A stretch of DNA of 64,000 bases, taken from NCBI GenBank assembly GCA_035361955.1, contig DAOSDC010000001.1, forward strand, positions 75,114 through 139,113, in the 5' to 3' direction. Shown one piece after another: positions 29,176 through 38,451 of the stretch (position 1 is its first letter; every line of letters starts with the position of its first letter). This stretch comes from Bacilli bacterium (GTDB lineage: Bacteria > Bacillota_I > Bacilli_A > RFN20 > CAG-826). The position numbers and the translations under genes are program-made. The notes beneath the pieces are model-generated. The model was given only the letters and a program-made list of their open reading frames with translations, did not search any database and was not told the origin of the DNA.

Positions 29176-30605
29176 ACGAGGTCTCCGTGCACTGAATATA
29201 AATGCGATGAAGTGATTTTGACGTTTACAATCGATCCGATCAAAGTTTCATCGCCGATGAAATGCACGAGTTTATTGCCCTCGCTATAACCGGAAAGCAC
29301 TTTGTCGTTACGCTTGGATACCCCATCGACAAGCACTTTCAGCGTTTGTCCCACCAAGGCATCGGCGCGAATTTGAGCGCTGGCTTCGACTTCTTTAACA
29401 AGTTGATCAAACCATTGATGTTTCAATTCTGGCGTCACGTTATCGATCATACGTGAAGCGGGGGTTCCGACTCGAGGCGAATAAATAAACGTAAAGGCGC
29501 CATCGTAACCGACTTCTCGCACGAGCGAGAGCGTGTCGTTGAATTGAGTTTCCGTTTCATTTGGAAATCCGACGATGATGTCGGTGGTCAGCGCTAGATT
29601 GGGCATCGCCGTGCGCATGGAAGCGACTAACCGCAAGTAAGATTCGCGTGTATAACGGCGACCCATTAATCTTAAAATGCCATTATTACCTGATTGAACC
29701 GGTAAGTGGATGGCCTTCATGATATTGGGATATTTGGCAATGACTTCAATCATGCGGAGCGAAAAATCCCATGGATGTGATGTCGTGAATCTAAGTCGAG
29801 CAATGCCGGTCTTGGCGACATCCTCAAGCAACGCGGCAAAATCGTAACCGTCGCCCTTGTCTTTACCATAGGCATTGACGTTTTGACCAAGTAACGTTAT
29901 TTCTTGATATCCGTCCCTGACAAGTTGCCGGCATTCGTTTAAGATGTCGGCGACAGGACGTGAGCGCTCGCGACCCCGCGTGTAAGGAACGATGCAATAT
30001 GTGCAAAATTTATCGCAACCATACATGATATTGACAAACGCCTTGAAACGGTGCAGCCGTTTCGCAGGGAGCGCTTCATGCGATTCACTCGTCAATGAAG
30101 GAATGCTGACGACACGTGTTTTGGTAGCATATACTTCATCGAGTAAATCGAGCAGCTGGTGAATATTATGCGTTCCAAACATCAAATCAACGTGTTTGTA
30201 CTTGTCAATCATATCGGTGACGATGTGGGCTTGTTGGACCATACATCCACCGATAGCAACGACCAGGTCTTTGTTTACTTGTTTGATTCCTTTTAACACA
30301 CCGACTTGGCCGAATACCTTATCTTCGGCGTTTTCTCTAACCGCACACGTATTTAAGATGACTAAATCAGCTTCTCGTTCGTGGTCGGTGGGCTTAAATC
30401 CAGCCGCTTCCAAAAGACCGCGCATCGTTTCCTCGTCGCGTACGTTGGCTTGGCAACCGTATGTTTTAATAAAATAATGTTTCCCGGCAGCCACTTGACG
30501 GAGCCGTTCGGGAATTGCAATTTCATCGTGCAAAATGAGCACTTGCTGATGCAATCTGGAGCGGGCTTTGATTAAATTAGGCGTTTGCTTAATATCAATT
30601 GGCAT
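29172..30605 (-). CDS. miaB: tRNA-2-methylthio-N6-dimethylallyladenosine synthase (radical SAM methylthiotransferase)
   Basis: It has an MTTase N-terminal domain, a radical SAM CxxxCxxC motif (CDKFCTYC), and a C-terminal TRAM domain. Confidence 0.8.
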   Translation of the reverse strand: MPIDIKQTPNLIKARSRLHQQVLILHDEIAIPERLRQVAAGKHYFIKTYGCQANVRDEETMRGLLEAAGFKPTDHEREADLVILNTCAVRENAEDKVFGQVGVLKGIKQVNKDLVVAIGGCMVQQAHIVTDMIDKYKHVDLMFGTHNIHQLLDLLDEVYATKTRVVSIPSLTSESHEALPAKRLHRFKAFVNIMYGCDKFCTYCIVPYTRGRERSRPVADILNECRQLVRDGYQEITLLGQNVNAYGKDKGDGYDFAALLEDVAKTGIARLRFTTSHPWDFSLRMIEVIAKYPNIMKAIHLPVQSGNNGILRLMGRRYTRESYLRLVASMRTAMPNLALTTDIIVGFPNETETQFNDTLSLVREVGYDGAFTFIYSPRVGTPASRMIDNVTPELKHQWFDQLVKEVEASAQIRADALVGQTLKVLVDGVSKRNDKVLSGYSEGNKLVHFIGDETLIGSIVNVKITSSHLYSVHGDLV

Positions 30606-31395
30606 CGAGATTATTCTCCAGTAAATATAATGGAGTTATTTCCAACGTTAAACCCGTCGTTTCATCGACACTGATGATGATGGCTGAGAAAATGGCGCTG
30701 GGCCGATTGTCAAGGGTGAACACGACTTTTTCGTTATGCCATAACCGCTTGATGATGGACTCAGGATTGACGCCTAAAATACCTTCATAGGGGCCGGTCA
30801 TCCCGACATCGGAAATGTAGCCGGTGCCATTGCTCAAGATGCGCGCATCGCGGGTTTGCACATGAGTATGTGTACCGATTATGGCGCTGACTTGGCCGTC
30901 AAACGCGTGTGCTAACGCATATTTTTCACCTGTGGCTTCAGCATGGAAATCGACGATATGAATGTCGGTCTTTTCTTCTTTTTTGATGATTTCATCGAGA
31001 CAATCAAATGGATTTTTGACTTCTTCACTCATGAAGGCGCTACCGAGCAGATTAGTGATTCGTATCGAAAAACGGTCGTCTTTGAACACCGTCGTGCCCA
31101 CGCCTGGGTATTCTTTCAACAAATTGTAAGGACGCACAAGCGATAAGGCACCATCGAGATAATGCCTGATTTCGCTTTTGGCGTCGTAATGGTTACCTAG
31201 CGTCAGGCAATCGATGCCGTAATCAAGTAAACTTTCATAGTGATGATAAATCAAACCTTTACCATGCGTGGCGTTTTCGGCGTTGGCAATCACAAAATCA
31301 ATATTGTGTTTTTTCTTGAGCTTCGATAGGTGAAAAAGGACGGCTTGCCGTCCCTTTTGTCCTACGATATCTCCGATGAAAAGGATTTTTTTCAT
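30595..31395 (-). CDS. ymdB: YmdB-like metallophosphoesterase (2',3'-cyclic-nucleotide phosphodiesterase)
   Basis: It has the MKKILFIGDIVG…GNH motifs and lies immediately downstream of rny, as in Bacillus. Confidence 0.8.
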   Translation of the reverse strand: MKKILFIGDIVGQKGRQAVLFHLSKLKKKHNIDFVIANAENATHGKGLIYHHYESLLDYGIDCLTLGNHYDAKSEIRHYLDGALSLVRPYNLLKEYPGVGTTVFKDDRFSIRITNLLGSAFMSEEVKNPFDCLDEIIKKEEKTDIHIVDFHAEATGEKYALAHAFDGQVSAIIGTHTHVQTRDARILSNGTGYISDVGMTGPYEGILGVNPESIIKRLWHNEKVVFTLDNRPSAIFSAIIISVDETTGLTLEITPLYLLENNLDAN

Positions 31396-31399
31396 GCCT

Positions 31400-32980
31400 T
31401 TATTTGGCGGTCTCTACAGCGCGGTATTCGCGTATGACGGAAACCTTGATTTGACCAGGATAGGTCATCTCGGACTCGATTTGTTCACGGATGTCGCGCG
31501 CGAGTTTGTAAGCGGCGGCGTCATCAATCCGTTCGGGAATAACCATCACGCGCACTTCGCGGCCCGATTGCATCGCATAGCTTTGAGCGACGCCTTCATG
31601 CGCCTTGCAAATCTTCTCGAGTTGTTCCAATCGCTTGATGTAGTTTTCAAGCGTTTCGCTGCGGGCACCGGGACGGGCGGCCGAAAGCGTATCGGCGGCA
31701 ATCACGAGATTGGATATCACGTATTTGACGTCAACGTCGCCATGATGGCTTTCAATTGCGTTGATGACGACATCGGGTTCACCATACTTTTTAGCGAAGC
31801 GAGCCCCGAGTTCAACGTGGCTGCCTTCCATTTCAAAGTCGATTGCTTTGCCAATGTCATGGAGCAAACCGGCACGTTTGGCTAACGTTTGATCAAGACC
31901 GAGTTCGGCGGCCATGATTCCTGTTAGTTTGGCGACTTCGATAATGTGGTCATAGGCGTTTTGGCCATAGCTAGTCCGGTAACGCATGCGGCCGACAAGT
32001 GTCAGTAATTCGGGGTGGATACTCGGCAATCCAAGGCGGAACGCCGCTTCTTTGCCGGCGACCTTGATCGTTTCATCGACTTCTTTTTTGGCCTTTTCGA
32101 CGACTTCTTCAATCCGGCTCGGTTGAATGCGACCGTCTTTGATAAGCGTTTCTAACGTCTTTTTGGCGATTTCGCGTCGGATTGGATCAAAACAGCTGAC
32201 GGTGATCACTTCTGGGGTATCGTCGATTATCAAATCAACGCCTAATAGTTGTTCGAGACTACGAATATTTCTTCCTTCACGGCCGATAATCCGACCTTTC
32301 ATTTCGTCATTTGGAAGGGCGACGACGCTGACGGTTCGCTCCGTCGTAAATTCTTGAGCATAGCGATTAATCGTGATGCCAAGAATCTCTTGAGCTTGTT
32401 GAAGTGCTGTGTCTTTGGCTTCGTCTTCTTTGTTTTTAATGAAGGTGGCAATCTCTTTACTTAGTTTGCTCTCGACGCGCGCCATGATTTCGGCTTTCGC
32501 TTCGTTGATTGACATTTGCGACACTTTTTCAAGTTCACTGATGATTGAATCGAGTTTTTCTTGGAGTATTTTTTCTTTCTTTTCGAGTTCGCGGCCCCGT
32601 TGTGATAAGGCCTCGGCTTTTTCCTCAAGAATGTTTTCTTTGCCGATTAAGGCAACGTCGCGGCGATCGATGCTTTGTTCGCGTTGCAACAATTTGTTTT
32701 CGGAGGCGGCGACTTCGGATTTTCGTTCTTTGATTTCGCGCTCGGCTTCCTGCTTCATCTCATAGGCCATTTGTTTGGCGTCAAGTTGACTGTTTTTAAT
32801 GAGGTGCTCGCTGCGGATTTCGGCGTCGCGGATAATCTTGGCGGCTTGCTTCATCGCCCGTTTGGCTTTGAAGAAAGGCACCAAGGCGTAGATGGCTAAT
32901 CCAGCGCCGATGCCGACGAAAAGCGCGATAATTATGAGGGAAACCGCGAGTCCGGCTTCCATGGCATAGACTACTAACAT
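31400..32980 (-). CDS. rny: Ribonuclease Y
   Basis: It has an N-terminal TM helix, a coiled coil, a KH domain, and an HD domain (HHGDVD…). Confidence 0.9.
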   Translation of the reverse strand: MLVVYAMEAGLAVSLIIIALFVGIGAGLAIYALVPFFKAKRAMKQAAKIIRDAEIRSEHLIKNSQLDAKQMAYEMKQEAEREIKERKSEVAASENKLLQREQSIDRRDVALIGKENILEEKAEALSQRGRELEKKEKILQEKLDSIISELEKVSQMSINEAKAEIMARVESKLSKEIATFIKNKEDEAKDTALQQAQEILGITINRYAQEFTTERTVSVVALPNDEMKGRIIGREGRNIRSLEQLLGVDLIIDDTPEVITVSCFDPIRREIAKKTLETLIKDGRIQPSRIEEVVEKAKKEVDETIKVAGKEAAFRLGLPSIHPELLTLVGRMRYRTSYGQNAYDHIIEVAKLTGIMAAELGLDQTLAKRAGLLHDIGKAIDFEMEGSHVELGARFAKKYGEPDVVINAIESHHGDVDVKYVISNLVIAADTLSAARPGARSETLENYIKRLEQLEKICKAHEGVAQSYAMQSGREVRVMVIPERIDDAAAYKLARDIREQIESEMTYPGQIKVSVIREYRAVETAK

Positions 32981-33185
32981 AATTATTTCCTTTCGTGGTT
33001 AGTTTTTTGGTCAATGTTATTAGGACCAGAACCGATAAATACAATAAAAATGGCTGGGCCACTTTACCCAAAAACCGTTTCGCGCGAAAGGCGAATAACC
33101 TTAGTATGTATCACAAGCTGGGCTTGAAATAATGGAAGCGATCTTTGGATTTATGTGAAGTATCTATTGATACGCTAATATTTTA

Positions 33186-33224
33186 GCAAAATAAAAGGCC
33201 GAATACCACAAATAATATTCGGCC
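33186..33224 (-). terminator. Rho-independent terminator downstream of the DUF4097 gene
   Basis: On the minus strand the hairpin is GGCCGAATATTATTTGTGGTATTCGGCC followed by TTTTATTTTG. Confidence 0.55.
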
Positions 33225-33247
33225 ATTGACACTTTTAAAATGACATT

Positions 33248-34141
33248 TTAACCGAGGAAATTGAGACGAATATCACCATTTGAAGTGGCGAGGCGAATCT
33301 TGTTGCTCAAACCTGTATTGTAGGCGTTTGTGCTTACTTTTGAGCCATTGAGATAGTAGTTGCCATTGGTCGTTTCCATATTGACGCGGTAGTTGGCCAA
33401 TGTTCCAGGCAGCGTTGCTTCGATGTCGCCGTTAGAAGAGATTAATTCCAAATCATCTGTTACCAAATTAGTCACGACAATATTACCATTACTCGTACGC
33501 GAATAAATTTCGGGAGCCGAGACATCGTCGTAAACAATCCGGCCATTGCTCGTCCGCAATGTGATCTCCTCAAGGGCTGTCACATCATCAAGTTCCAATC
33601 TTCCGTTTGATGTCTCGCCAGTCAGCGTTTGGCACTCAAGTACCGCATCGAGTTTGATAGCCCCATTGGATGAGTGCAAAGATAGGTTACCGATGGATCC
33701 GATATCGGTCAAACTAATGGCTCCATTGCTTGTTCTGGCGGACAAATCAAGTGTCGATGTGGTGGGAATGTATACTTCAACCATGAAAATTTCGGGATTG
33801 CGAAACATCGCCCACCCCCACATGTGCACGAATGGATCGACGTCACTAGTCATGCTAAGCGTCGTACCAACCAATTCAACATCAATCCGGTCGTGATCGG
33901 CGACGTAGTAATGTAGTTCAACCGTTGCCGCTTCATGGGTAAACACATTAATGCTGCGATTCGATAAATCAAGTTCAAGCTGTTCAACTAGAGCGATTTC
34001 TTCAACATGAGGATCCGCCGCTTCATAATCTTCAATGCGTACCATCGGCATCATCGGTTCGCCCGAAATGATGGAACCGGTCACGGCACTGACAAGACCC
34101 CCACCAAGAATAATCGCACCGACGAGGATAAGCTTATTCAT
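33248..34141 (-). CDS. DUF4097-type putative adhesin / beta-strand repeat membrane protein
   Basis: It has an N-terminal TM helix and repeated TSNG(x)I… beta-repeat units. Confidence 0.55.
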   Translation of the reverse strand: MNKLILVGAIILGGGLVSAVTGSIISGEPMMPMVRIEDYEAADPHVEEIALVEQLELDLSNRSINVFTHEAATVELHYYVADHDRIDVELVGTTLSMTSDVDPFVHMWGWAMFRNPEIFMVEVYIPTTSTLDLSARTSNGAISLTDIGSIGNLSLHSSNGAIKLDAVLECQTLTGETSNGRLELDDVTALEEITLRTSNGRIVYDDVSAPEIYSRTSNGNIVVTNLVTDDLELISSNGDIEATLPGTLANYRVNMETTNGNYYLNGSKVSTNAYNTGLSNKIRLATSNGDIRLNFLG

Positions 34142-34661
34142 GTGAAGGCCCTCCTTTGTTAGGGATTATCGCTTGATTTAGTTTTTTAACCAGGCAGTTG
34201 AAATTTCCACGTGATTTTGTCAAATATCCGATTAAAATGACCCAAATGCCGGCCCCAATCAGCATTTGCCCGATATAAAGGGCATAAGCCGCCTGGGAAA
34301 CACTGGCGTTTTGGATTAGTTTGGTAATTCCAAAAACGAAGTACGACAAGCCAAATGAGAACAAGCCGAACATCAAAAAACCAATGGCGACTGCAATCAC
34401 AATCGCGAGTAAATACACGAGCGATTTCTTAAGCTGCGTCGCGGTTGTTGAGGATTGGTCAGGCACAATTTGTTCGTTTCGCAGTTTTGCCACAATCGTA
34501 TCAATCGATCCGAGTCCGGCGACAAACGCGGTTTCTTCGATTCCGAGCTGTTTGGCATCTTCGAATAATCGACGATATTTGATTAAGGTTTGTTCACGTT
34601 TCTTTGGCGACAAAAAATCGAGTCGTTGGGCTAATTGCTGAATAAATTCAGTAAAAGTCAT
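34134..34661 (-). CDS. DUF1700 (HAAS-like) membrane protein
   Basis: A helical cytoplasmic N-domain is followed by 3 TM helices. It overlaps the DUF4097 gene by 8 nt, which is the usual pairing. Confidence 0.5.
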   Translation of the reverse strand: MTFTEFIQQLAQRLDFLSPKKREQTLIKYRRLFEDAKQLGIEETAFVAGLGSIDTIVAKLRNEQIVPDQSSTTATQLKKSLVYLLAIVIAVAIGFLMFGLFSFGLSYFVFGITKLIQNASVSQAAYALYIGQMLIGAGIWVILIGYLTKSRGNFNCLVKKLNQAIIPNKGGPSHE

Positions 34662-34721
34662 AGCATCACATCCGTTTCCAGTAGCACATTATCATAACTT
34701 ATACATAAATGTATATAGTAG

Positions 34722-34756
34722 TAAGCATAAAAAAACCACCGATTCTGTCGATGGTT
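34722..34756 (-). terminator. Probable rho-independent terminator after the 200 aa membrane protein gene
   Basis: On the minus strand an imperfect AAACCATCGACAGAATCGGTGGTTT hairpin is followed by TTTTTT. Confidence 0.4.
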
Positions 34757-34767
34757 TCAATCAATCC

Positions 34768-35370
34768 TTATTTGTTTATGATTTCCACGGTTTGTAAATA
34801 CGGATTGTTTTCGGTATTGACTTCGTGGACTTCCTTGGTCGACATCTCACTATAGTAATAGTTGGTGTATCCTTCCGCCAACCATGGCTTGATAAGGCTG
34901 AATTCGTAGTGATAGGCGATGAACTTTGATTCGGTGAAAAAGTAGGAAATCAGTCGGATGTGGGAAGTACGTTTCTTTTCGTCATCACCCTCACGCGACA
35001 GGATTTCGATATCTTTGTATTTAGTGGATTCGGTAAATGAATAATAACGAACCGTTTGCAACACATCGCTTTTCAGCGGTGTGATTTTAAGTTGATCAAG
35101 CGCGAGTTTCTCAAACATGACCACGCCATCGCGCACTTGCTTGTCAATATAACTATCTTTGATACGGCAACGCAACGGGAAAAACGCCCCAAACGAAACT
35201 CCTAATAGCAACAAAATACCACCGAGGACATAGCCAAGATAAGTTGGCGTCAACATGCCTGAAAAGCTTGCGTAGATCGCACCCCCAGCGATGAGTAAGA
35301 AAAGCAACAGCCACCAAAAATTGTATTTGCGGGGATTTTTGAAATACAAATAATTGCGTTGATAATTCAT
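34768..35370 (-). CDS. Hypothetical membrane protein (2 TM helices plus soluble domain)
   Basis: The ORF is 200 aa. I recognise no family. Confidence 0.4.
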   Translation of the reverse strand: MNYQRNYLYFKNPRKYNFWWLLLFLLIAGGAIYASFSGMLTPTYLGYVLGGILLLLGVSFGAFFPLRCRIKDSYIDKQVRDGVVMFEKLALDQLKITPLKSDVLQTVRYYSFTESTKYKDIEILSREGDDEKKRTSHIRLISYFFTESKFIAYHYEFSLIKPWLAEGYTNYYYSEMSTKEVHEVNTENNPYLQTVEIINK

Positions 35371-35424
35371 GTTTAATCCTCTTTGGTAATTTTAGCACGG
35401 ATCAATCAACGTTTTAATAATTCG

Positions 35425-35450
35425 CACAAAAAAAGGAGCCGGCAGGCTCC
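35425..35450 (-). terminator. Rho-independent terminator downstream of recA
   Basis: On the minus strand the hairpin is GGAGCCTGCCGGCTCC followed by TTTTTTTG. Confidence 0.6.
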
Positions 35451-35458
35451 AATTTGTT

Positions 35459-36457
35459 CTAGGCGACGATTCCTGTCTTTATCTTCGTGGATAAATCGAG
35501 GAATAATTCAGGATTGTCTTTTAAAAACTGCTTGGCCGTTTCCCGACCTTGACCAATCCGTGTTCCATCGACTTCGTACCAAGAACCCATTTTCTTAATA
35601 AGGCCTAACTCGACTGCTAAGTCTAGCACCTCTCCGGTTTTAGCAAATCCTTCACCGAATATCAAATCGACCTTGCACGATTTGAATGGCGGGGCAACTT
35701 TATTTTTAACGATTTTGATGTTGACGGTGTTGCCAACGATTTGATCGCCGTTTTTAATCGCTTCGGCGCGACGGATGTCAATGCGCACGGTCGCGTAAAA
35801 CTTCAAAGCACGGCCACCGCTAGTCACTTCGGGATTACCATACATGATGCCAACTTTTTCACGCAGTTGATTAATGAAAATGACGGTGCAGCTCGATTTA
35901 TTCAAAACACCAGCGAGTTTGCGCATCGCCTTTGACATCAAACGAGCTTGTAAGCCTACTTGCGTGTCGGCCATGACTCCGTCAAGCTCAGCTTGTGGCA
36001 CTAATGCCGCCACGCTATCGACGATGATGATGTCGATGGCTGATGAATGCGCGAGCATCTCCACGATTTCAAGTGCTTGTTCGCCATTATCAGGTTGCGA
36101 AAGAATCAATTCATCGATTTTGACGCCTAATTTCTTGGCGTACACCGGATCGATCGCATGTTCGGCATCGACAAACGCCGCCCGTCCGCCCCGCGCTTGC
36201 GCTTCGGCGATGGCGTGAAGCGCCAATGTCGTTTTGCCACTGCTTTCTGGACCGAATATTTCAATGATGCGTCCTTTGGGATAACCTCCGACGCCTAGCG
36301 CCAAATCAAGCGCCAATGAACCGGAGGGAATCGTATCGATATCGGTATTCGGACGTTCGCCCAATTTCATAATCGATCCTTTTCCATACATTTTTTCAAT
36401 TGCGCGTAGCGCTTCTTCCAACGCAGCGTCTTTTTGATTGACAGTTTCTTTTGCCAT
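35459..36457 (-). CDS. recA: Recombinase RecA
   Basis: It has the Walker [10 protein letters not shown] and RecA family motifs. It is 332 aa long. Confidence 0.95.
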   Translation of the reverse strand: MAKETVNQKDAALEEALRAIEKMYGKGSIMKLGERPNTDIDTIPSGSLALDLALGVGGYPKGRIIEIFGPESSGKTTLALHAIAEAQARGGRAAFVDAEHAIDPVYAKKLGVKIDELILSQPDNGEQALEIVEMLAHSSAIDIIIVDSVAALVPQAELDGVMADTQVGLQARLMSKAMRKLAGVLNKSSCTVIFINQLREKVGIMYGNPEVTSGGRALKFYATVRIDIRRAEAIKNGDQIVGNTVNIKIVKNKVAPPFKSCKVDLIFGEGFAKTGEVLDLAVELGLIKKMGSWYEVDGTRIGQGRETAKQFLKDNPELFLDLSTKIKTGIVA

Positions 36458-36510
36458 ATTGTTTAAATACCTTTCATGTATTAATAGTCACTTTAATTGT
36501 AGTTTGGCGA

Positions 36511-36984
36511 TTAGCAACCAATTTTTAGCGCATGAATTATTTCTAATAAAGCGGCGTTGACGGCTTGGCGACGAATTTGTGTTCTCGTGCCGCTGACCAT
36601 GAATTTCTTGACACACACTTCATGGGGCGTGGCGATAGCAAGGTAAAATAAGCCGATTGGCTTGTTTTCAATTGCGGTGGGACCCGCATTTCCAGTTAAT
36701 GCCACACATAAGTCGACGTTAAGGCGATAACGACCAAGTTTAGCCATCTCATGAGCGGCTGCTTCGGAAATAGCGCCATGCTTTTCCAACAAAGTCCGCG
36801 ATATCGTCAATAGCTTCTCTTTTTCTTCGTTTGTGTAGGTCACCAAACCACCCTTGATGACTTTAGATGCGCCACTGACCGAAGTAAGGGCAGCAGTCAG
36901 TGCGCCACCGGTGATGCTTTCGACGGTGCCAATCGTTTTTCCGAGTTCGTTCGCCAGCTTAAGAAGCGTTTTTACTTCACGCAT
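36511..36984 (-). CDS. cinA: CinA C-terminal domain protein (PncC-like nicotinamide-nucleotide amidase), stand-alone
   Basis: The 157 aa protein has the VESITGGAL motif. It lacks the MocF N-domain of full-length CinA. Confidence 0.8.
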   Translation of the reverse strand: MREVKTLLKLANELGKTIGTVESITGGALTAALTSVSGASKVIKGGLVTYTNEEKEKLLTISRTLLEKHGAISEAAAHEMAKLGRYRLNVDLCVALTGNAGPTAIENKPIGLFYLAIATPHEVCVKKFMVSGTRTQIRRQAVNAALLEIIHALKIGC

Positions 36985-37597
36985 TGTCTTGAAACACCCG
37001 TTTGTTTTGGATGATATAAATCACGCCCGACGCCAATGACAACAAAGCGGCAAGGTAGACAAGCAAGTCGGTGACTGTCAAATATTGTGGCAGCCCCAAA
37101 AATGAAAACGGCCAATCGTTTAAAAATAAAAACGTGACGGCAATCATCTGAGCGACCGTTTTCAATTTTCCAAAAATATTCGCGGCGACGACGACTTTTT
37201 TGCCACTGGCTACGAGTCGCATCGCGTCGACGATTAAATCGCGAGCAATGAAAATAATCACAATTAGTGGCATGACCACGATTTGGCTAGATGCGGCGTA
37301 AACGGGCCGAATCATCAAGAAAATCAAACTGGCATCGACTAATACCTTATCGGCAACCGGATCCATGAATTTGCCAAAATCAGTCACCAAATTAAATTTT
37401 CTGGCGATGTATCCATCAAGGAAATCCGAAAAACTGGCAATCAAAAAAATGATGCCACCAATCAAATAGATGAGGTTAATATCGCCCGAAATAATTGGAA
37501 TACTAATGCCAAAGTTAGTGTAAGGGAACGCCAATAACACGATGAGGATGCCCACCATAACGACGCGACCAATCGTAATTTTGTTTGGTAAATTCAT
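36977..37597 (-). CDS. pgsA: CDP-diacylglycerol--glycerol-3-phosphate 3-phosphatidyltransferase
   Basis: It has the CDP-alcohol phosphotransferase motif DGYIARK…G…DPVADK. The start was moved to the internal ATG (MNLPNKITIGRV) because the upstream extension overlaps rnpB. Confidence 0.85.
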   Translation of the reverse strand: MNLPNKITIGRVVMVGILIVLLAFPYTNFGISIPIISGDINLIYLIGGIIFLIASFSDFLDGYIARKFNLVTDFGKFMDPVADKVLVDASLIFLMIRPVYAASSQIVVMPLIVIIFIARDLIVDAMRLVASGKKVVVAANIFGKLKTVAQMIAVTFLFLNDWPFSFLGLPQYLTVTDLLVYLAALLSLASGVIYIIQNKRVFQDNA

Positions 37598-37605
37598 ATC
37601 GTTGC

Positions 37606-37963
37606 TTTCTTTGTTGAGTAGCCGACCCTGTAAGCCATGTTCTGTCATTGGATGATTATTTATCTATGCATTGCATGCGTTGGGCGATTCGATTCTCGCC
37701 ATACACTTCCCCTACCAAATTTGGGTTTCTCGCTTGTGGGGTTTACCGCGTTCCATTCTAGGGTTTCCCACTAGACTACGTCACTGTGGCACTTTCAGGT
37801 GCGCCGCCATGTCTTGCGATTTAGGCCTTGCACCGCCGTTATATGCTCCCATATACCTAACGTTATTTTTTCCGTTAGCACAATCACTACGGGCATCACA
37901 GCCCGTGCGAGCATGGACTTTCCTCTGGCCGAAGCCAGCAATCATCCGGGTCGGCGACTACTT
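37606..37963 (-). ncRNA. rnpB: RNase P RNA, bacterial type B
   Basis: The minus-strand read contains GAGGAAAGTCCATGCTCGCACGGGCTGTGATGCCCGTAGTG… …AAGTGCCACAGTGACGTAGTC…GGAACGCGGTAAACCCC…ACAGAACATGGCTTACAGGGTCGGCTAC. The P1 helix is GTAGTCGCCGACCC / GGGTCGGCTAC. It sits next to gpsB, as in B. subtilis. Confidence 0.85.
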
Positions 37964-38326
37964 CACTTTGTTCGGATCTTGTCCGAGTTTGTACAGCGCT
38001 TTTTCAAGCGCGCTGATGCGCCGGTGTAATTCGAGGTTGTTTTGGTTAATCGTTACCGTGTCATTTTTGGATAAACCGGCGAATTTATCCTTGAGCACCG
38101 CGAGTTCGATTTCGAGTTCTTGATTCCGATTTTTGAGTTGGTCGTACTGATCGCCAGCTTTTAGTAAAGCCGGTAGTTCGTTATTGACAAATGCTTCATA
38201 ACGGCGAAACTCTTCCAGCACGCAATCGAGAAACTCATCGACCTGTTGCGCATCATAGCCACGCGTGTCGGCAGCGAATTTCTTGGTTAATATTTGTTCG
38301 CTCGTCAATCCCAACCGATAATCCAT
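37958..38326 (-). CDS. gpsB: GpsB / DivIVA-domain cell-cycle protein
   Basis: It begins LTSEQILTKKFAADTRGYDAQQVDEFLD, the DivIVA N-domain signature. The C-terminus is a coiled coil. The protein is 122 aa. Confidence 0.7.
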   Translation of the reverse strand: MDYRLGLTSEQILTKKFAADTRGYDAQQVDEFLDCVLEEFRRYEAFVNNELPALLKAGDQYDQLKNRNQELEIELAVLKDKFAGLSKNDTVTINQNNLELHRRISALEKALYKLGQDPNKVK

Positions 38327-38451
38327 TGCTTAACCTCGAATTGATATTATATATCAAGATGTGTGTCTTTACAATTTTTGGTGATGGTCAAGCCAGGGAA
38401 AAAACAGACATGCACCACTATTAATAAGTGCTATACTAATCACGATAAATT

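Noticed and set aside
31376-31885. 169 aa plus-strand ORF
   Set aside because: It is entirely antisense to the well-supported rny coding region. It has no RBS or family signal. It is a shadow ORF.
37671-38123. 150 aa and 76 aa plus-strand ORFs
   Set aside because: They overlap the rnpB RNA gene and gpsB. The sequence is explained by RNase P RNA.
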